64,000 bases of DNA from an uncultured Christensenellaceae bacterium (lineage in GTDB: Bacteria > Bacillota > Clostridia > Christensenellales > UBA3700): positions 13,251-77,250 of the forward strand of contig CAJUMY010000006.1 of the NCBI GenBank assembly GCA_910587685.1, read 5' to 3'. Numbering within the stretch: position 1 is the stretch's first letter; every line of letters begins with the position of its first letter. A model generated the notes under the pieces. It saw only the letters and a program-made list of their open reading frames with translations. It made no database searches and was not told the DNA's origin. Below are positions 58,332-64,000 of the stretch, one piece after another. The position numbers were made by a program, and so were the translations under genes.

Positions 58332-59660
58332 TCAATACCCATACTTTTTTCTCTTTGCCGCTATAAATATCGCGGTAACGATAGCCGCCATGAGTTCGGC
58401 GACTACTATAGATATCCATATTCCGTCAATGCCCCATATGAGCGGCAAAACAAGCACCGCGATTATTTGGAATACGAGCGTTCTCATGAACGATATGAGC
58501 GCTGATACGAGACCGTTGCTGAGCGCTGTAAAAAACGATGAACCGAATATCGCGATTCCCGAAAAGAGAAAAGCGAACGAATATATCCTGAACCCGCCGA
58601 CCGTGAGATCGAAAAGTCCTTTGTCATAACCTACAAAAATCTTAGCTAGAGGCTTTGCCAGCGCTTCGGCGAGCAATACCATTGCGACAGAAAATATGCT
58701 GATAAGAACGAGGCTCTTCTTTAATATGCTTTTTGACTCGGGCTTATTGTCGGCGCCGTAATGATAGCCTATGACGGGCGCTGTTCCTACGGAGTATCCT
58801 ATGAACACAGCGATAAATATCATATTGACGTACATGAGCACGCCGTACGCCGCAACGCCGTCTTCGCCAGCATATTTCATAAGCTGAGCGTTATACAGCA
58901 TAGCGACTATCGACATAGATATTCCCGACATGAGCTCCGACACGCCGTTCGTACAGGTCTTGACAAGCGCTCGATTGTCATACTTTGTTTTCCCCAGCCT
59001 CAAAAGGCTCTTATTCGGAAGTATAAAATATACGAGAGGAACTACTCCGCCTATATACTGACTGACGGCGGTCGCTATCGCCGCCCCTTTAAGCCCTAGC
59101 GAAAAGACGGCGACCAAGAGCGCATCGAGAACCATATTCGAGACGCCCGTTATAACCGTTACTACGAGTCCGAGATTAGGCTTTCCCGCCGTCACGAAAA
59201 AGCTCTGAAACTCAAACTGTAACATGTATGCGGGAAGCGCTATCAGAATGATCCTGCCGTAAGTTACGCAATCGTTTAGCATGCTCTCATTAGCTCCGAG
59301 CAGCGTAGCTATGGGTCTTATGAATATTATTCCCAGTATTGCTATAATAACGCTGAAAGCGGATGACACGTAAATAATGAGCGAAAATATTTTCTTCGCC
59401 TTTTCGCGATCTCCTTCGCCCATCGTTTTGGATATGAGCGCGCTTCCTCCAGTTCCGAACATGAATCCGAACGTTCCGAGTATCATAAGAAACGGCATTA
59501 TGAAATTCACAGCCGCAAAAGAAACCTTGCCTACGTAATTTGACACGAAAAAGCCGTCTACTACTCCATAGATAGACGTAAATATCATCATCAAGACAGA
59601 CGGAAACGTAAATCTTAACAATTTTTTATAACTAAAATGATCCGATAACTGTATTTTCAT
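58332..59660 (-). CDS. MATE-family efflux transporter
   Basis: 12 TM. LLRFTFPSVLMMIFTSIYGVVDGFFVSNYVG is the typical MATE N-terminus, and there is an internal repeat. Start moved to the ATG at 59660. Confidence 0.85.
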   Translation of the reverse strand: MKIQLSDHFSYKKLLRFTFPSVLMMIFTSIYGVVDGFFVSNYVGKVSFAAVNFIMPFLMILGTFGFMFGTGGSALISKTMGEGDREKAKKIFSLIIYVSSAFSVIIAILGIIFIRPIATLLGANESMLNDCVTYGRIILIALPAYMLQFEFQSFFVTAGKPNLGLVVTVITGVSNMVLDALLVAVFSLGLKGAAIATAVSQYIGGVVPLVYFILPNKSLLRLGKTKYDNRALVKTCTNGVSELMSGISMSIVAMLYNAQLMKYAGEDGVAAYGVLMYVNMIFIAVFIGYSVGTAPVIGYHYGADNKPESKSILKKSLVLISIFSVAMVLLAEALAKPLAKIFVGYDKGLFDLTVGGFRIYSFAFLFSGIAIFGSSFFTALSNGLVSALISFMRTLVFQIIAVLVLPLIWGIDGIWISIVVAELMAAIVTAIFIAAKRKKYGY

Positions 59661-60331
59661 ATTCTCTCCAAACAAACTCTCCTGACGATCCTATAATTTC
59701 TCTAACGTCCTACTATACTACCATCGTCGCCGACCGGCATAAAATACTATTCATATATTAATGTACCGAGCTGCAACTCATCATACTTAATATCAAAATA
59801 TCATATACATATAATAGATATTTTCAAATTCAACTTTCATTAACGCGCGGAGGATACCCTATTATATGTTATTAAACATCTTCTCCGCAAAGCGAAAAAC
59901 ATATCTCTTCGCAAGACATATAACCGTTAAGCATCCAAAACCAAATTTATTTTTCGATAACTTTACCGCATTTCAACGAATCATAGTTATATTGTTAAAA
60001 GTATTCTCTGCCGCTAAATTATATCGCTAGATAATGAATTAACGTACAAATCACACTTGATTAGTTATTATAAGTCATAATAATATTATTGTCAAGAGCA
60101 TTTTAGATATCAAAATGCAAAATAAACTCATTTTTCTATATTATACAGCCCAACAAATCGCATAAAAACGACAAGCATTCCTATCGAATACCTGCCTAAT
60201 TCACGTTGATCATTTCGTCAAAAACACTTAAAATAAACCGTTTATAAAATCACACATACAAAAAAATACCGCTCATAAATTTTCATTCATTATAGAGACG
60301 ATATGAGCACCTACCGAAGGCATTAAAAAAT

Positions 60332-60361
60332 AGCCGTTCGACCATTAACGATCGTTCGGCT
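60332..60361 (-). terminator. Probable terminator of guaA
   Basis: Imperfect hairpin AGCCGTTCGA...TCGTTCGGCT, with A6 at 60325-60330 giving a T-run on the minus strand. Confidence 0.45.
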
Positions 60362-60450
60362 ATCTTATAAACGTTGAAAATCAACAGCACCTGCTATTTT
60401 ATTTTTTAATTAAACTTATCTCCAATCAAAGTTCGAAATAACTTTGAATA

Positions 60451-61698
60451 TTACTCCCACTCGATAGTTGCCGGGGGCTTCGAAGTGATGTCATAGCATA
60501 CTCTGTTGATGCCCTTGACCTCTTTAGTTATTCTCGAAGATGTCTTTCTAAGCACTTCGTAAGGAATTTCGACGAACTCCGCGCTCATTGCGTCGATACT
60601 GTGGATAGCTCTAAGAGCGACAGTTCTCTCATAGCTTCTTACTTCGTCTCTTACTCCGACGCTCTTCATATCGGTAAGAACAGCAAAGTACTGCCAGATC
60701 TTAGTATCCCAGCCGGCGTTCTTTATCTCTTCTCTGAATATTGCGTCAGCGTCTCTTAAAGTATCGAGTTTGTCTTTCGTAAGCTCTCCGATACATCTTA
60801 CGCCGAGTCCCGGACCCGGGAACGGCTGGCGGTTGACCTGAGCTTCGGGAAGTCCTATCTCGAGACCTACCTTACGAACCTCGTCCTTAAATAGATCCTT
60901 TACAGGCTCCAAAATCTCGTTGAAGTCGATAACGTCGGGAAGTCCTCCAACGTTATGGTGACTCTTGACGAGCCCCTTGCTTCCTATACCCGACTCGATG
61001 ATATCGGGATATATAGTTCCCTGAACAAGGAAATCCACAGCTCCTATCTTCTTAGCTTCTTCCTCGAATACTCTTATGAACTCTTCGCCTATTATCTTTC
61101 TTTTCTTCTCGGGATCGGTAACGCCCTTGAGTTTGTCAAGAAATCTCTTCTCTGCGTCGATATGGATAAGATTCATTCCTAGCTTATCTCTGAATATTTC
61201 GACTACTTCCTGAGGCTCGTTCTTACGCATGAGACCGTGATCTACGAATACGCAGGTGAGACTCTCGGGTTTAGCAAGGTGTACGAGCGTCGCGCAAACA
61301 GCGCTGTCTACGCCGCCGCTTAGCGCGCAAAGAACCTTCTTATCTCCTATCTTCTCGCGAAGCTCCTCTATCATATACTCGCTGAAAGCCTTCATTGTCC
61401 AGCTTCCGCTGAGTTTCAACTCGTCGTAAAGGAAACTCTTTATAACGTCCTTATAATCGCTCGCATTTCTTATATCAAGCGTCTTAACGCCGGACGACAT
61501 GATATCGCTAACGAGTTTATCGGCGTTTCCTTCGCCCGTAATAATGATTCCGCTCGGTTTCTCGCAAAGTATCTTCTCTATCGAAGCGTTATCTCCGAAG
61601 AGCATACAGTAAACGTTAAGATTCCTTACTTCTCTGGCGATCAGCTGATTGCATCTGCCGCTTACGTCAACGATGATGACTTTCTCCTTAATGTCCAT
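60451..61698 (-). CDS. guaA: GMP synthase: intact ATP-pyrophosphatase and dimerisation domains, vestigial glutamine amidotransferase domain
   Basis: From about aa 100 the protein is colinear with GuaA (CALSGGVDSAV P-loop, KSHHNVGGLP, QPFPGPGLG, DITSKPPATIEWE). The N-terminal region is only about 97 aa and lacks the GICYG nucleophile and the His/Glu of the triad. Confidence 0.85.
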   Translation of the reverse strand: MDIKEKVIIVDVSGRCNQLIAREVRNLNVYCMLFGDNASIEKILCEKPSGIIITGEGNADKLVSDIMSSGVKTLDIRNASDYKDVIKSFLYDELKLSGSWTMKAFSEYMIEELREKIGDKKVLCALSGGVDSAVCATLVHLAKPESLTCVFVDHGLMRKNEPQEVVEIFRDKLGMNLIHIDAEKRFLDKLKGVTDPEKKRKIIGEEFIRVFEEEAKKIGAVDFLVQGTIYPDIIESGIGSKGLVKSHHNVGGLPDVIDFNEILEPVKDLFKDEVRKVGLEIGLPEAQVNRQPFPGPGLGVRCIGELTKDKLDTLRDADAIFREEIKNAGWDTKIWQYFAVLTDMKSVGVRDEVRSYERTVALRAIHSIDAMSAEFVEIPYEVLRKTSSRITKEVKGINRVCYDITSKPPATIEWE

Positions 61699-61895
61699 AA
61701 GTGTTCTCCTTAATGTTAGTTAAAATCAAATATACATACGTATACGTTTTTCAATTTTATGTTTCTTTTTTGTTCTTTCGAGAGCGTTAGACCGTCCGCT
61801 TTATTACGTTCAAGATTATCCTAATATCATATATCAAATAGACTTCAGTTACGCAACAGTTTCGAATATCTACTCTTTCGAAAAACTATTTGAAA

Positions 61896-61917
61896 ATGAG
61901 GGAGACAACTCCCTCAT
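61896..61917 (-). terminator. Hairpin immediately after the guaB stop (terminator or attenuator between guaB and guaA)
   Basis: 9-bp perfect stem ATGAGGGAG / CTCCCTCAT with a 4-nt loop, followed on the minus strand by a T-rich tract. Confidence 0.55.
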
Positions 61918-61921
61918 AAGA

Positions 61922-63388
<1,467 letters not shown>

Positions 63389-63499
63389 TTATAATCTGTC
63401 GAAACATACTCGAAAACGAGGCGAATAAAACCTCTTTACAATCGTTTACTGCTTCGGACGTACTTAAGACAACATCAACGCCCGACCTTTATTTGTTTA

Positions 63500-63528
63500 A
63501 TTTTAGTAAATATTGACGGTAAAGTCAA
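63500..63528 (-). promoter_or_regulatory. Sigma-A type promoter of guaB
   Basis: On the minus strand: TTGACT (63528-63523), 17-nt spacer, TAAAAT (63505-63500), about 115 nt upstream of the ATG. Confidence 0.45.
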
Positions 63529-63726
63529 ACAAATTAACTTATCTTTCCGAAATTTACCCTTATACCCGATATTAGTTTTTTTAATCGCCGCTAAGCGTTA
63601 GATAATAAAATGTAAATAATCGGAAAAGACTTGAAAAAAACTTTACGTTATGGTAAACTTTTAATGTATAATGCCTAAATACGGAAAGCCAAACAATAAT
63701 GACCGTCGGCTATCGGGAGGTAATCT

Positions 63727-64000
63727 ATGGATATAAAAATCAAAACGCTCATCGAAGAAATGACACTCGAAGAAAAGGCATCGTTATGCTCGGGACTTGA
63801 CTTTTGGTGCACGAAACCCGTAAACAGAATGGGCGTGCCGTCCGTCGCCGTGTCCGACGGCCCTCACGGACTGAGAAAGGAAAACGACCTTGACGACAAC
63901 GTAGGACTCAAACAGTCGTTTCCCGCGACTTCTTTTCCGCCTGCCGTAAATATCGCGAGCACGTGGGATCATTCTCTTGCAAAAGCCGTAGGAGAAGAGC
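63727..64000 (+). CDS. Glycoside hydrolase family 3 (beta-glucosidase-like), N-terminal fragment running off the window
   Basis: GGGAGG RBS, then MDIKIKTLIEEMTLEEKASLCSGLDFW.T.PV.R.GVPSV.VSDGPHGLRK, the typical GH3 N-terminus. The frame is open to base 64000. Confidence 0.75.
   Translation, partial: MDIKIKTLIEEMTLEEKASLCSGLDFWCTKPVNRMGVPSVAVSDGPHGLRKENDLDDNVGLKQSFPATSFPPAVNIASTWDHSLAKAVGEE

Overview
This is a 64-kb, almost fully coding chromosomal segment from a low-to-moderate-GC Firmicute. By inference it is an anaerobic, probably spore-forming member of the Clostridia. Supporting that: an rnfCDGEAB operon, an FprA flavodiiron protein, Prp-processed L27, and a maf / mreB-like / minD-minE / M50 protease ... 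rng / rplU-prp-rpmA order that recalls the Bacillus mreB-min-spoIVF-rplU region. A SpoVB-like flippase and a DUF421/DUF4363 pair fit the same picture. I call about 57 protein genes, mostly on the minus strand. They cover housekeeping (nadE, ilvN, acpP, malQ, glcK, uvrBA, hom, coaX, glyQS, guaBA), carbohydrate enzymes (GH77, GH95, partial GH3) and transporters (RND, MATE, ECF S-component, TauE-like). I also call a set of consensus-like sigma-A promoters, rho-independent terminators and one clear LexA (Cheo) box inside the uvrBA promoter. All family assignments come from motifs read by eye, because no searches could be run. Several start codons were moved from the longest-ORF track to the start with a Shine-Dalgarno sequence. 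I saw no rRNA, tRNA, CRISPR array, transposase, integrase, prophage or recognisable defence genes, so the window looks like core genome rather than an island, and I cannot point to a clear multi-gene novel system. The most unusual items are: (1) a 64-aa peptide that is about 31 percent cysteine, with a strong RBS (55860-56054); (2) a 1331-aa surface protein made of five CBM-like repeats with a lipobox, a C-terminal TM anchor and an 8-Cys insert (36623-40618); (3) a GuaA whose glutamine amidotransferase domain is vestigial (60451-61698); (4) a 1462-aa RND permease with enlarged loops and an acidic tail (1768-6156); (5) an orphan ilvN overlapping a degenerate isopropylmalate/isocitrate-dehydrogenase-like gene (6812-8042); (6) two tandem, equal-length half-size TauE/SafE genes (35408-36427).
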